DNA of 64,000 nt, taken from NCBI GenBank assembly GCA_964487545.1, contig CAZARI010000002.1:65755-129754 (forward strand), given 5' to 3'. The translations under genes and the position numbers were made by a program. Each line of letters starts with the position of its first letter. Position 1 is the first letter of the stretch. Below the pieces are notes generated by a model, which was given only the letters and a program-made list of their open reading frames with translations, did no database searches and was not told where the DNA came from. This DNA is from an uncultured Cryomorphaceae bacterium. GTDB taxonomy: Bacteria > Bacteroidota > Bacteroidia > Flavobacteriales_D > SKUL01. Below are positions 47,901-56,530 of the stretch, piece after piece.

Positions 47901-48485
47901 CAGAATAGAGATGTTGTCCGTGATTTTTCCGGAAAGCGACAAGTTAAGTCCTGAATTGACCGTTAGATCCTGATTGTTTCCAAAACCCACCCCACGTGAA
48001 ATACTACCGCTTTTGTCCATGCCGCCCAAACCGAAAATATCCTCGTTGCGCGCCAAGTCTTCCGGCCGATACACAAATGGATTTTGAATGTCACTTTCTC
48101 TCGGTGCAATGCGGTCGGGCGATTTATTATAAAGGGGCTCGGTAAAAGACAATGGAAATGTTCTGTAGATAATGATAGCGGAGTCGCTGGGTAAAATGGA
48201 GTCATTCCAAATCAGTAATCCTGCAATGGGATCCAATACGTAAAAAGTCGAATCTACTTGCTGACCGTTGATGTTGAGATTTATCGAACCAGGAATAATG
48301 CTCAGCGTGTCGAGAAGTACGGTGTCGGTAATCGCAATGGTTTTTTCACGCAGGTTCGAAAGTTCCTGGCCCGACACCCGAAAGGCCGAAATCATCAGGA
48401 AAATCCAAAGCAATTTAAAGTGCAGGCGGTGCGACAACAGAGCGTGATTTGAATCTAAAGTTAATTCGATATCATGAATGATCAC
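44937..48485 (-). CDS. Large outer-membrane-type protein, family not recognised
   Basis: 1182 aa from GTG 48485. An alternative TTG at 48437 gives the signal-like N-terminus MSHRLHFKLLWIFLMISAFRVSGQ. Long stretches of alternating beta-strand-like sequence, and a C-terminal 'GGVQLRAYF' OMP beta-signal ending in Phe. Confidence 0.7.
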   Translation of the reverse strand: MIIHDIELTLDSNHALLSHRLHFKLLWIFLMISAFRVSGQELSNLREKTIAITDTVLLDTLSIIPGSINLNINGQQVDSTFYVLDPIAGLLIWNDSILPSDSAIIIYRTFPLSFTEPLYNKSPDRIAPRESDIQNPFVYRPEDLARNEDIFGLGGMDKSGSISRGVGFGNNQDLTVNSGLNLSLSGKITDNISILASVTDNNIPIQPEGNTAQLQDFDQVYIQLFDDKNRLTVGDFQLHKPPGHFMNYFKRAQGGSFETRQLLDKSRDPSAENNQIYLQASAAVSKGKWSRQVIIGTEGNQGPYRLRGAEGEEFIIVLAGTERVYIDGRLMQRGQENDYIIDYNSAELIFTPNQLITKDRRITVEFQYSERNFTRTMVQLATGINAEKYDVYLNVYSEQDSKNQSLQQDLTQADRSFLSTIGNDIQSAVVPAIDSVAFNNEQILYMMTDSLGYDSVFVYSTDPETAQYQLSFSNVGQGNGDYLQDGFGATGRIFKWMAPDTVGGQVVRNGRFEPVILLVTPKKKQLIAAGGRWKIAPETSLGIELAASNSDLNTFSTIDNDENTGVAALITWDNRNNLQPKNDQHPLYINTIARYELVESRFEPIERFRAVEFDRDWNITDLDQKSNQHRALAGVGIEKRDIFRLDYQLESFNAVNAFEGLKNQISANLDYKRYFLDFQGSILRSSGNIDTRFDRHRTTAIKKFKWFNVGYVDELEKNTFSYTGSDSMAANSYAFHEWEVYIGNPDTSFFGYRVFYSQRTDRRSYQNDLVSSEFAEQYGVELAYSKDPRHQLRSRIVHRQMKVLNEETAISEPENTLLGNINYDMRVLKGALNMNLYYEIGSGLERAREFIYVHDPTGQGPYTWIDYNGNNVQELNEFELARPEDGNRYLRIFTPTDNYVRAFTNQYSHSINWNPVAIWGNKRGVLKLLSKVSDQLAFRIDRKTRGETGMDRFNPFITELADTALISANTALRNTVFFNRSHSKYGVDYTFGRNSGKSLLTNGFDSRNTSLNEVKVRYNISRVFGVILRGEQGERSNSSDFLSGRNYKINYNEIEPSVSYQPNTSLRGTLKFRFTEKDNDADLGGEKAILQDLGVELRYNQVSKGSLLAQVNMVNIRFSGAGNSSLTYEMLEGLRAGTNFTWSVSYQRTLGKNIQLNLSYNGRKSEELNAVHSGGVQLRAYF

Positions 48486-48765
48486 TCAACCGTTTCAACA
48501 GGAATAGTAACTACGCAGTTTAAGCCGCAAAAGTATGCTGCCCAATTGAATTACTCGTGCCGATGTGCTGGCTGCTTCATAATTGACCGGTCAATAAGAG
48601 GGATGTTCACGGTAAATAAGGTAATATTTATGATCGGGGCAGAAATTACAACAGGTTATTTCTGGTATTCAGCAAAGAGAAAATTTACTTGGTCTAAGAA
48701 ATATGGCGACTTGTTATTAAAAAACTAAATTTGATTCTGCCTCTGCGTAAAATAATGATGACCCA

Positions 48766-50505
48766 ATGTTTCGATTAGCTCCGTTATTTCTTGCCTTAAT
48801 ATGTGTGACTTTATGGTCTTGCCAAAGCCGTAACAGTGGTTATACGCATAAAACGATGATTGGCAAAGGCGGCATACAGTATGGCGGTGTGTTTTCAGTA
48901 AACGAAATTGAAGATTTTCGCAGCTTATATCCTTTAAATATCACAGATGTTACTGGTCACCGCATCGCCAATCAGGTTTATGAAGGGTTGTTGAAGCTCG
49001 ATCAGTCAACGCTCGAACTGGTGGGAGGATTAGCTGAATCGTGGGAGGTAAATGACGACGGAACGATTTATACCTTTCATCTGCGCGATGGCGTTTATTT
49101 TCACGATGACCCTTGCTTTAAAGACGGCCGCGGAAGGGAACTATCTGCCCGAGATGTAAAGTTTAGTCTCGACCGGTTGTGCCGCGCGTCGTCAGACAAC
49201 GTCATGGCGTCATATTTTCTCGATCGAGTAAAAGGGGCTTCTGACTATTATCAGCTAAGTCTTAGAAACGAAGCGCCAGAATCGGGAGTGGAAGGAATCA
49301 AAGCCATTAATGACCGAACGGTTCAGATTGAGTTAGCGTATCCTTTTCCGGGGATGATGAAAATTCTTACCCTTTCGGCATGTTGGATCTACCCACCCGA
49401 AGCTTACGAACGATATGGCGAAGAAATGCGCATTCACGGCGTTGGAACCGGGCCATTTCGCACTAAAACAGTTAAAGAAGGTGAAGTGGTCATTTTGGCG
49501 CGTCACCAGAACTACTGGGGAGCCGATGAATATGGAAATCAATTGCCGTATCTGGATGCCATTAAATATACCTTTATAAAAGAGAAGCGAACCGAACTGG
49601 ATGAATTTAGAAAAGGCAACCTGGATATGGTTTTTGACTTGCCAACCGAAGAGGTAGTTAAAATCCGCGAAGAGATTAAAGAAGGTGTTCCTCAGGATTA
49701 TCAGTTTCAGTCTATTCCTTCAATGATCGTTCAGTATTACAGTTTTCAGCACCAAAGTGACGTGTTCGATGATGTCAATGTTAGAAAGGCCTTTAACTAT
49801 GCAATCGATCGTCAGCAAATTGTCGATTACGCATTGCAGGGAAAAGGAATCCCCGCAGAATACGGAATTGTACCTCCTTGTTTTAAAGAGTATGACTCTC
49901 AACAAGTAAAAGGATATTACTACGATGCAGATCTGGCCCGAAACAGTCTCTCAAAAGCGGGTTACCCCAATGGCGAAGGTTTTCCGGTGCTCACACTGCA
50001 ATTGAATTATGGGGGGGCTGTCAACGTGCAAGTGGCCGAGGTGATTCAGAGGATGTTAGAGGAAACCCTCAACATCAGTATCGAATTAACTTTGGTGCCG
50101 CGTTCACAGCATTACGAGCGTGTAGAAACCGGAAAAGCCCTGTTCTGGCGTGATGGCTGGAACGCCGACTATGCCGACCCAGAAAACTTTCTCAATCTTT
50201 TTTACGGTGCGCTGGTTCCTGATGACATCAATGAGAAATCCTATATCAACTCCATTCGATACAAGAGCAAAGCCTTTGACGATATTTTTGAAGCGGCAAT
50301 GCGCGAAACCAACGATGAAAAACGCATCTCGTTATTACTGCAAGCCGATCAGGTCGCCATGGACGATGCGGCAATTATTCCGCTTTATTACGAAGAATCC
50401 ATTCGGTTACTTCAAAACGACGTGGCCAATTTTCCCATCAACCCGATGGAGTATCGCGACTTTGCAAGTGTAAGGTTCGATAATGTAAATCAAACGCCTG
50501 GATGA
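48766..50505 (+). CDS. ABC transporter substrate-binding protein, peptide/nickel family 5 (lipoprotein)
   Basis: 579 aa. Signal 'LFLALICVTLWSC'. 'VYEGLLKLD', 'FHLRDGVYFHDD' and 'GWNADYADPENFL' are typical of SBP_bac_5. No adjacent permease or ATPase genes. Confidence 0.85.
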   Translation: MFRLAPLFLALICVTLWSCQSRNSGYTHKTMIGKGGIQYGGVFSVNEIEDFRSLYPLNITDVTGHRIANQVYEGLLKLDQSTLELVGGLAESWEVNDDGTIYTFHLRDGVYFHDDPCFKDGRGRELSARDVKFSLDRLCRASSDNVMASYFLDRVKGASDYYQLSLRNEAPESGVEGIKAINDRTVQIELAYPFPGMMKILTLSACWIYPPEAYERYGEEMRIHGVGTGPFRTKTVKEGEVVILARHQNYWGADEYGNQLPYLDAIKYTFIKEKRTELDEFRKGNLDMVFDLPTEEVVKIREEIKEGVPQDYQFQSIPSMIVQYYSFQHQSDVFDDVNVRKAFNYAIDRQQIVDYALQGKGIPAEYGIVPPCFKEYDSQQVKGYYYDADLARNSLSKAGYPNGEGFPVLTLQLNYGGAVNVQVAEVIQRMLEETLNISIELTLVPRSQHYERVETGKALFWRDGWNADYADPENFLNLFYGALVPDDINEKSYINSIRYKSKAFDDIFEAAMRETNDEKRISLLLQADQVAMDDAAIIPLYYEESIRLLQNDVANFPINPMEYRDFASVRFDNVNQTPG

Positions 50506-50899
50506 AGCGCCGCGTGCGTACCAGTATCCACTTCCTTACTATTCGGCTCAGCTGATAGCTGGAAAACACGAGTCACCTGTGCATAGCGTAATAGGTGCTA
50601 TCCTTCGTGATGATCAAATGGTAAAATACCTGCTGAATTGAATTTTGTATCACAAAATCTCCGAGGGTTTCATCTTCTGGCAGAAGTTCGGTAACTTTAA
50701 TTAGTGCCTGTTCAGCGATTTTATTAATTCCGCCAACTCAATAACAAAACCAGCCTACTTTTAATGCCGGCCGGTCTTTTTCGAATATCTTCAGGCTATT
50801 AAAAACGGGGTGTTTACAAAAAAAGAGGCGACATCAAGTAGTTTCGCGAAATTTCAGGAAGTTTACAAAACGGTAATTATCAAACAGAAAACCCTTAAG

Positions 50900-51868
50900 A
50901 TGAAAAGATTAAATACCACATTAGCCATAGCATTGTTGATTTCGGGAATGATTGCTTGTGTTCCCGGACGACAGTTTGAAGAAGTGCGCACCCAGCGCGA
51001 CCAGTTGCTGAGCGAGCAAGAAACCTTGCAGGCCAGTACAAAAGCCGCCGAAGAGCGCTCCAAAGATCTGGATGTTAAAGTGGAGTCTCTCGACCGGCAG
51101 GTGAAGGTGCTTCGCGAAGACACCGCCATGATGGGCGTATCTACCCGTAAATTGCGCTCACAGTATGATAAGTTGCTGGCACTGAATGATCAGTTGCTCG
51201 ACAAAAGCGACCGAGCCAGAAGTGGAACCGAAGCAGAGCGCAGAAAGCTACTCACCGAATTGGATGATGTTAGAACCCAACTCGAGCTGAAAGAAGACCG
51301 CTTGGATCAGCTTGATGCTGAGTTGAAAGCCAAAGAAAATGATTTGCTAGAGCGCGAAACCAAGATTCGCGAACTCACCAGCTTAATTCATGAAAAAGAT
51401 TCCGCACTGACGTCATTGCGGGGCAGAATTGTAGAGGCGCTTGCCGGGTATCAGGATAAAGGCCTGTCGATTGAGCAGAAAAATGGCCGCATATATGTGA
51501 ATATGGAGGCAAAACTGCTTTTTGCATCGGGAAGTACCGAAGTGGGAGATGAAGGGCGACGAGCCGTTATCGATCTGGCCAAAGCCATAGAGGATTCTCC
51601 GGATCTTAATATTCTTATTGAAGGACACACCGACACAGATAAAATCACCTCCTCGCGAATTCCGCGTGACAACTGGGAGCTTAGCGTGTTGCGTGCAACA
51701 GAAGTAGTGAAAATCATGACCGGCAACAGCAAGATTCAGCCAGAAATGCTGATCGCCGCCGGACGCGGAGAACATGTTCCGGTCGACCCTTCGGATAAGG
51801 CCAAAAACCGCCGCATCGAAGTGGTGCTCACGCCAAATTTGGATGCCGTTTTTGAATTATTAGAATAA
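50900..51868 (+). CDS. OmpA-family lipoprotein with an N-terminal coiled coil
   Basis: 322 aa from ATG 50900. That start gives the signal MKRLNTTLAIALLISGMIAC, whereas the track's start at 50810 adds 30 non-signal residues. C-terminal OmpA-like 'IEGHTDTDKI...NWELSVLRATEV...NRRIEVVL'. Confidence 0.85.
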   Translation: MKRLNTTLAIALLISGMIACVPGRQFEEVRTQRDQLLSEQETLQASTKAAEERSKDLDVKVESLDRQVKVLREDTAMMGVSTRKLRSQYDKLLALNDQLLDKSDRARSGTEAERRKLLTELDDVRTQLELKEDRLDQLDAELKAKENDLLERETKIRELTSLIHEKDSALTSLRGRIVEALAGYQDKGLSIEQKNGRIYVNMEAKLLFASGSTEVGDEGRRAVIDLAKAIEDSPDLNILIEGHTDTDKITSSRIPRDNWELSVLRATEVVKIMTGNSKIQPEMLIAAGRGEHVPVDPSDKAKNRRIEVVLTPNLDAVFELLE

Positions 51869-51872
51869 GCGC

Positions 51873-53222
51873 TCAGCCAAAAAGCAACTGGAAAACTTCT
51901 TCTACACGACCCACTTCGATGACCTGAATCCCAGTCTTGGGCAATACGGCTTTGTGGTGGCGTGAAATCACGATTTTTTTGAACCCCAATTTATCGGCTT
52001 CGGCGATGCGTTGCTCGAGTCGGCTAACCGCACGCACTTCGCCCGTTAGTCCAACTTCTGCTGCAAAGCAATATTCATCGGGCACAGGAATATCTTGTTG
52101 AGAGGAAAGTACGGCAGCAATAATAGATAAATCCAGTGCCGGATCATCAATGCGCAGCCCGCCGGCTATGTTGATGAAAACATCTTTTGTTGCCAATTGA
52201 AAACCACAGCGTTTTTCAAGCACCGCAAGCAGCATGTTGAGCCGTCGGGTATCAAAGCCGGTGGCTGAGCGCTGTGGGGTTCCGTAGGCCGCAGTGCTGA
52301 CAAGTGCCTGTACCTCTATGAGCAGCGGGCGAACGCCTTCAACCGTGGCAGCAACAGAAGTTCCGGAGTGGCTCTCGTTGTGTTGGCTGATTAGGATTTC
52401 TGATGGGTTTTCAACTTCGCGCAAACCGCCAGATGACATTTCGAAAATGCCGAGTTCATTGGTTGATCCAAATCTGTTCTTGACCGATCTAAGTATGCGA
52501 TAAACATGGTTTCTGTCGCCCTCAAACTGCAGCACTGTATCCACCATGTGCTCCAGCATTTTGGGCCCAGCAATGGCGCCGTCTTTGGTAATATGGCCCA
52601 CCAAAAACATCGGTATGTTGTTTTCTTTGGCGATGGACAGTAATTCGGCTGTACTCTGGCGTATTTGCCCCACGCTGCCCGGTGCCGATTCCATTAACGC
52701 CGAATGTAAAGTTTGCACAGAATCTACAATGATCAGCTCGGGTTTGATTGCAGTTATCTCACGTGCAATGTTTTGGGTTGAGGTTTCGGAATACAAAAAG
52801 CAGTTTTTGTTACGAATGCCGATCCGGCGGGCACGTTGTTGTATCTGTAGTTCACTCTCCTCACCCGAAACGTATAGCGTTTTTAACGTTGAATCTACAG
52901 CCAATTGCAGCATCAGCGTAGATTTCCCAATACCGGGTTCTCCCCCAATCAAAGTCACTGCTCCTGGCATTAAGCCGTTGCCAAGTACTCGGTTTAGCTC
53001 TGTGCCCGGCAATTGAATGCGCGGAATTTCCTGAAGTACTTCTTCGCCCAAGCGAATGGGCTTTCTGTTGTGTCCAGATGAAAAAACGGCGGTTGCTTTA
53101 GGAGATTCAACCAACTCTTCCACCAAAGTGTTCCACGATCCGCACGAAGAACACTTGCCCAACCACTTTAGGGATTTATGGCCGCATTCGGAACAAAAAA
53201 AAGCGGTTTTAGTTTTGGCCAT
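51873..53222 (-). CDS. radA: DNA repair protein RadA
   Basis: 449 aa. Zinc finger 'CSECGHKSLKWLGKCSSCGSW', Walker A 'GGEPGIGKST', 'KNRFG' and a Lon-like C-terminal domain. Confidence 0.95.
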   Translation of the reverse strand: MAKTKTAFFCSECGHKSLKWLGKCSSCGSWNTLVEELVESPKATAVFSSGHNRKPIRLGEEVLQEIPRIQLPGTELNRVLGNGLMPGAVTLIGGEPGIGKSTLMLQLAVDSTLKTLYVSGEESELQIQQRARRIGIRNKNCFLYSETSTQNIAREITAIKPELIIVDSVQTLHSALMESAPGSVGQIRQSTAELLSIAKENNIPMFLVGHITKDGAIAGPKMLEHMVDTVLQFEGDRNHVYRILRSVKNRFGSTNELGIFEMSSGGLREVENPSEILISQHNESHSGTSVAATVEGVRPLLIEVQALVSTAAYGTPQRSATGFDTRRLNMLLAVLEKRCGFQLATKDVFINIAGGLRIDDPALDLSIIAAVLSSQQDIPVPDEYCFAAEVGLTGEVRAVSRLEQRIAEADKLGFKKIVISRHHKAVLPKTGIQVIEVGRVEEVFQLLFG

Positions 53223-53751
53223 GTTTCCTGATTTTTTCTATGATGCGCGTGCTCGAATATCCTTCGAGAAAAGGGATGACGGCTACCGTTCCTTGGTTAG
53301 CGCGAACCAGGTCCGAGCCAACAATATAGGCCGGTGACGAGGCGTCGGTTTGCCCGGGGTTGTAGTCTCCTCCTTTTACCAGCACATCGGGAAGAATGGC
53401 CGAAATCAGATTAAGCGGAGTGGGTTCATCAAAGATCACCACGGCATCCACAGCGGTAAAGGCAGCGAGGATGACGGCACGAGAATACTCATCATTGATG
53501 GGGCGGTCGTCGCCTTTTTCAAGCGATTTTACCGAGAAGTTGCTGTTGAGCCCAATAACCAGACGGTGGCCTAGTGCCGCAGCTTTAAACAGGTAGTCCA
53601 CGTGTCCGGGGTGCACCAAATCAAAAACACCATTGGTGAACACAATTCTGTTGGATTTCAAACGCCAAACCGCCAACTTCTTTTGAAGCGCTTGTTGGGG
53701 AATAATCTTTTGGGTAATGGAATCATGCATTTTTAATGACTTTTCGGGCAT
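53209..53751 (-). CDS. Stand-alone cytidylyl/adenylyltransferase (RfaE domain II-like)
   Basis: 180 aa (173 aa if it starts at ATG 53730). Nucleotidyltransferase motif 'FTNGVFDLVHPGHVDYL'. Overlaps both neighbouring genes. Confidence 0.8.
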   Translation of the reverse strand: MPEKSLKMHDSITQKIIPQQALQKKLAVWRLKSNRIVFTNGVFDLVHPGHVDYLFKAAALGHRLVIGLNSNFSVKSLEKGDDRPINDEYSRAVILAAFTAVDAVVIFDEPTPLNLISAILPDVLVKGGDYNPGQTDASSPAYIVGSDLVRANQGTVAVIPFLEGYSSTRIIEKIRKHGQN

Positions 53752-54715
53752 TAAACTTCGGAGTAAGATAGAGCGAAATCAAGCCCAAAAGTACAACCAC
53801 CGCTGCTTGGGCAAACCACATAATCCAGCCGAGGGCAAAGCCAAAGGCTCCGGCCACACCGTACAAAATAAGGGCTTTTTGAATGGCTACCGGATAAGCA
53901 CCGATTCCTCCGGGAAAGAGTACCACCGCAAAACTGCCGAGTACAAATCCGGCAAAAATGCCACTAACCGGAACATTTGCAGTTTGTTCAAGGGTAAAAA
54001 AGCACACCCAGTACATGCTGATGTATAACGACCAGATGAGCAGTGTGTGCAGCAGAAAGAGCCATTTTTGTCGCATGTAAAATATGGTTCTCAACCCAGT
54101 GTAAAAACCAAGCCCCATCAGGTAAAATCGACGCACAATGGCAAATCGAGAACGGCGGCCGAATCGGAACAGCATAAAGATCATGGCTCCGCCGATGAAG
54201 AGTGCAATTAAAAACAGCCAACTGAATTTCTCTGCCAACCCAGATTGAAGTGCGCCGTAATGCGCACCGAGGGTTTCGAATTGCAGGTAAAATGTGGTAA
54301 GGGTGATGCACAGCAAAACCACCGCGTCTATAATGCGTTCGGCGAAGATGGTGCCGAAGCTTTTTTCGAATGGAATTTGTTCGCTTCTCGATAGCGCTAC
54401 CGCCCTGCTTGCCTCACCGGCACGTGGCAGCACCATGTTGAACAGGTAGCCAATCATAACCGCATAAAAACTATGTTTAAAAGCGGGCGTTATTCCCAGT
54501 GGTTGAAGCAGGTATTTCCACCGGTAGGCGCGACTAACGTGGCTGAGTGTTCCCAGAATTAACGATAGCGCAAACCATTCGTAGCGCGCATTGCGCATTG
54601 CGCTGAATAAATCGCTTTTTTCTGATTCAGAAAGTTGCTGGTAGATCAGAAAGCAGAGCAGTAGACCGATTCCTGCAGGAACCATCACTTTCAAAAATTT
54701 TAATACTACTTTCAC
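53723..54715 (-). CDS. Flippase-like integral membrane protein (lysyl-phosphatidylglycerol-synthase TM-region family)
   Basis: 330 aa with about 8 predicted TM helices. 'SHVSRAYRWKYLLQPLG' is typical of the UPF0104/LPG_synthase_TM family. Confidence 0.65.
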   Translation of the reverse strand: MKVVLKFLKVMVPAGIGLLLCFLIYQQLSESEKSDLFSAMRNARYEWFALSLILGTLSHVSRAYRWKYLLQPLGITPAFKHSFYAVMIGYLFNMVLPRAGEASRAVALSRSEQIPFEKSFGTIFAERIIDAVVLLCITLTTFYLQFETLGAHYGALQSGLAEKFSWLFLIALFIGGAMIFMLFRFGRRSRFAIVRRFYLMGLGFYTGLRTIFYMRQKWLFLLHTLLIWSLYISMYWVCFFTLEQTANVPVSGIFAGFVLGSFAVVLFPGGIGAYPVAIQKALILYGVAGAFGFALGWIMWFAQAAVVVLLGLISLYLTPKFNARKVIKNA

Positions 54716-54719
54716 TAAT

Positions 54720-55571
54720 TCAGCGCTTTACGAAAAATTCTAAGTTGTCGATCAGCCGAACCCGACCGGTCTTTACCGCTACAAGCGCAATGGCCTGTTG
54801 TGCGTTTTTGAGGTCTGCAATCGGCTCCAGAGTTGCGGGATGTGCAATTTCGAAGTATTCTGTCTTGAGTTCAGGCTCGCGATCAATTTCGTTCGTTGCC
54901 CATACTATCAACTCACCGATGTCCGTTTTGCTCGCTCTGTTTCTAACCTCGTCCAATACCTGATATATCCGAGAAGCCGCTTTCCTTTGTGATGGTGAAA
55001 GTAATAGATTTCTCGAACTCATGGCCAATCCGTCGGCTTCGCGTTTGGTGGGTGCAGCGGCAATTTCAACGTTCAGGTTGAATTGCTTGACCAGCGATTT
55101 GATGACCATTACCTGCTGGTAGTCCTTGAGGCCGAAGTAAGCTTTGTGTGGTTTGATAATTTCAAAAAAACGGCGCACTACCATGCCCACACCTTTAAAG
55201 TGCCCCGGTCGATGAGCGCCTTCAAAGCGTTCTTCAATGGCTCCGAAATGGTAAGGAGTGGTGTCGGGACGAGGATATATTTCACTGTATTCCGGTACAA
55301 AAGCGATATCGCAACCGGCATTGCGCAAGAGCTCCAGATCGGTGTCTATGTTTCGTGGATAACTTTCAAAATCCATCGTATCGTTAAACTGGGTGGGGTT
55401 TACGAATATGCTGGCAATCACCACGTCGCATTCGTTGCGCGCCCGCTCAATTAAAGATAAATGACCCCGATGAAGGGTGCCCATTGTAGGGACAAACCCA
55501 ATGATTTTACCGGTCGCTTTGAAGTTTTCGACTTGCGGTCGAATCTCGCTGACCATGCTCAGTACCCTCAC
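54720..55571 (-). CDS. panC: Pantoate--beta-alanine ligase
   Basis: 283 aa. 'VPTMGTLHRGHLSLI' and 'FGLKDYQQ'. Confidence 0.95.
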   Translation of the reverse strand: MRVLSMVSEIRPQVENFKATGKIIGFVPTMGTLHRGHLSLIERARNECDVVIASIFVNPTQFNDTMDFESYPRNIDTDLELLRNAGCDIAFVPEYSEIYPRPDTTPYHFGAIEERFEGAHRPGHFKGVGMVVRRFFEIIKPHKAYFGLKDYQQVMVIKSLVKQFNLNVEIAAAPTKREADGLAMSSRNLLLSPSQRKAASRIYQVLDEVRNRASKTDIGELIVWATNEIDREPELKTEYFEIAHPATLEPIADLKNAQQAIALVAVKTGRVRLIDNLEFFVKR

Positions 55572-55644
55572 AGAACTATCCGCAAATGTTGAGATTAAAC
55601 GGACAAAGCTAAGGCGATTAGTTGAATATGAGGCAAATTTTTTG

Positions 55645-55652
55645 TATTTTTG
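55645..55652 (+). promoter_or_regulatory. -7 box (TATTTTTG) upstream of the glycogen-synthase-like gene
   Basis: TTG-N20-TATTTTTG, 30 nt before ATG 55683. It lies inside the track's extended ORF, which supports the shorter start. Confidence 0.5.
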
Positions 55653-55682
55653 TGCTCGATTCTAAAACTCCCCCACAATCCT

Positions 55683-56513
55683 ATGGAAAAAACAAAAGTT
55701 CTGTACGTATCCCAAGAAATTACTCCTTATCTGGACGAGACGGAGATTTCTAAAGCTTCCAGAGAATTGCCACAGGGCATGCAAGAGAAGGGAAGAGAGA
55801 TCCGGGTTTTTATGCCCAGATACGGCTGCATTAACGAGAGAAGGCACCAACTTCACGAGGTAATTCGTCTTTCCGGAATGAACCTCATCATCAACGATAA
55901 CGACCATCCATTAATCCTGAAAGTCGCTTCTATTCCATCAGCGCGAATGCAGGTTTACTTTATCGATAACGAAGACTTTTTTCAGCGCAAGGCCGCCTTG
56001 CACGATGCCAAAGGCAAATGTTTTGAAGACAACGATGAACGCTCGCTATTCTTTATTCGCGGCGTAATTGAAACCGTTAAAAAACTGGGCTGGACTCCCG
56101 ATGTGATTCACTGTCACGGTTGGATGACTGCCCTAATGCCTGCTTACCTAAAGAAGATTCTCAATGACGACCCACACTTTGCAGATGCTAAAGTGGTGTT
56201 CTCAGCTTATGGAGAAGGCTTTGAAGGAACATTGGAAAAAGACCTGAGCAAGAAGCTGGAGATGGAAGGTTTCGACGCCAAAGATCTTGAGCCGCTTGTC
56301 AACCCAACTTTCGAAAACCTTACTAAATTTGCGATGATGTATTCCGATGGAATCATCAAAGGAAGTGAGAATCTGAACGGCGACATCAGAAAATATTTTG
56401 ATAGCACCAATAAACTGGTGTTGGATTACGTTCCCTCTGATGAACTAGTCACTGCTTGTTCTGATTTTTACGACCGCGTATTGGAAGAGAATTCAGTGTT
56501 GATTGAAGAGTAA
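55683..56513 (+). CDS. Short glycogen/starch-synthase-like protein (GT5 N-terminal domain only)
   Basis: 276 aa from ATG 55683. 'KVLYVSQEITPY', 'RVFMPRYG' and 'PDVIHCHGWMTAL' resemble the N-terminal half of GlgA. The canonical KTGGL motif and the C-terminal GT-B lobe are absent. Confidence 0.7.
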   Translation: MEKTKVLYVSQEITPYLDETEISKASRELPQGMQEKGREIRVFMPRYGCINERRHQLHEVIRLSGMNLIINDNDHPLILKVASIPSARMQVYFIDNEDFFQRKAALHDAKGKCFEDNDERSLFFIRGVIETVKKLGWTPDVIHCHGWMTALMPAYLKKILNDDPHFADAKVVFSAYGEGFEGTLEKDLSKKLEMEGFDAKDLEPLVNPTFENLTKFAMMYSDGIIKGSENLNGDIRKYFDSTNKLVLDYVPSDELVTACSDFYDRVLEENSVLIEE

Positions 56514-56530
56514 AAACAAACATTTTTACG

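Noticed and set aside
48474-48728. 84-aa plus-strand ORF in the divergent intergenic region between the giant OMP gene and the SBP gene.
   Set aside because: Its start overlaps the OMP start region, its composition looks random, and it has no motifs. It is more likely promoter or leader DNA for the two divergent genes.
50573-50818. Minus-strand reading frame in the 394-bp spacer between the SBP and OmpA-like genes. It reads ...NSLKIFEKDRPALKVGWFCY*VGGINKIAEQALIKVTELLPEDETLGDFVIQNSIQQVFYHLIITKDSTYYAMHR*. The C-terminal pattern is faintly reminiscent of RelE/ParE-type toxins.
   Set aside because: There is no start codon, there is an in-frame TGA (50738-50740), it is under 60 codons on either side, and the resemblance is only impressionistic. 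At most it is a decayed pseudogene. It would need tblastn or HMM support before it could be reported.
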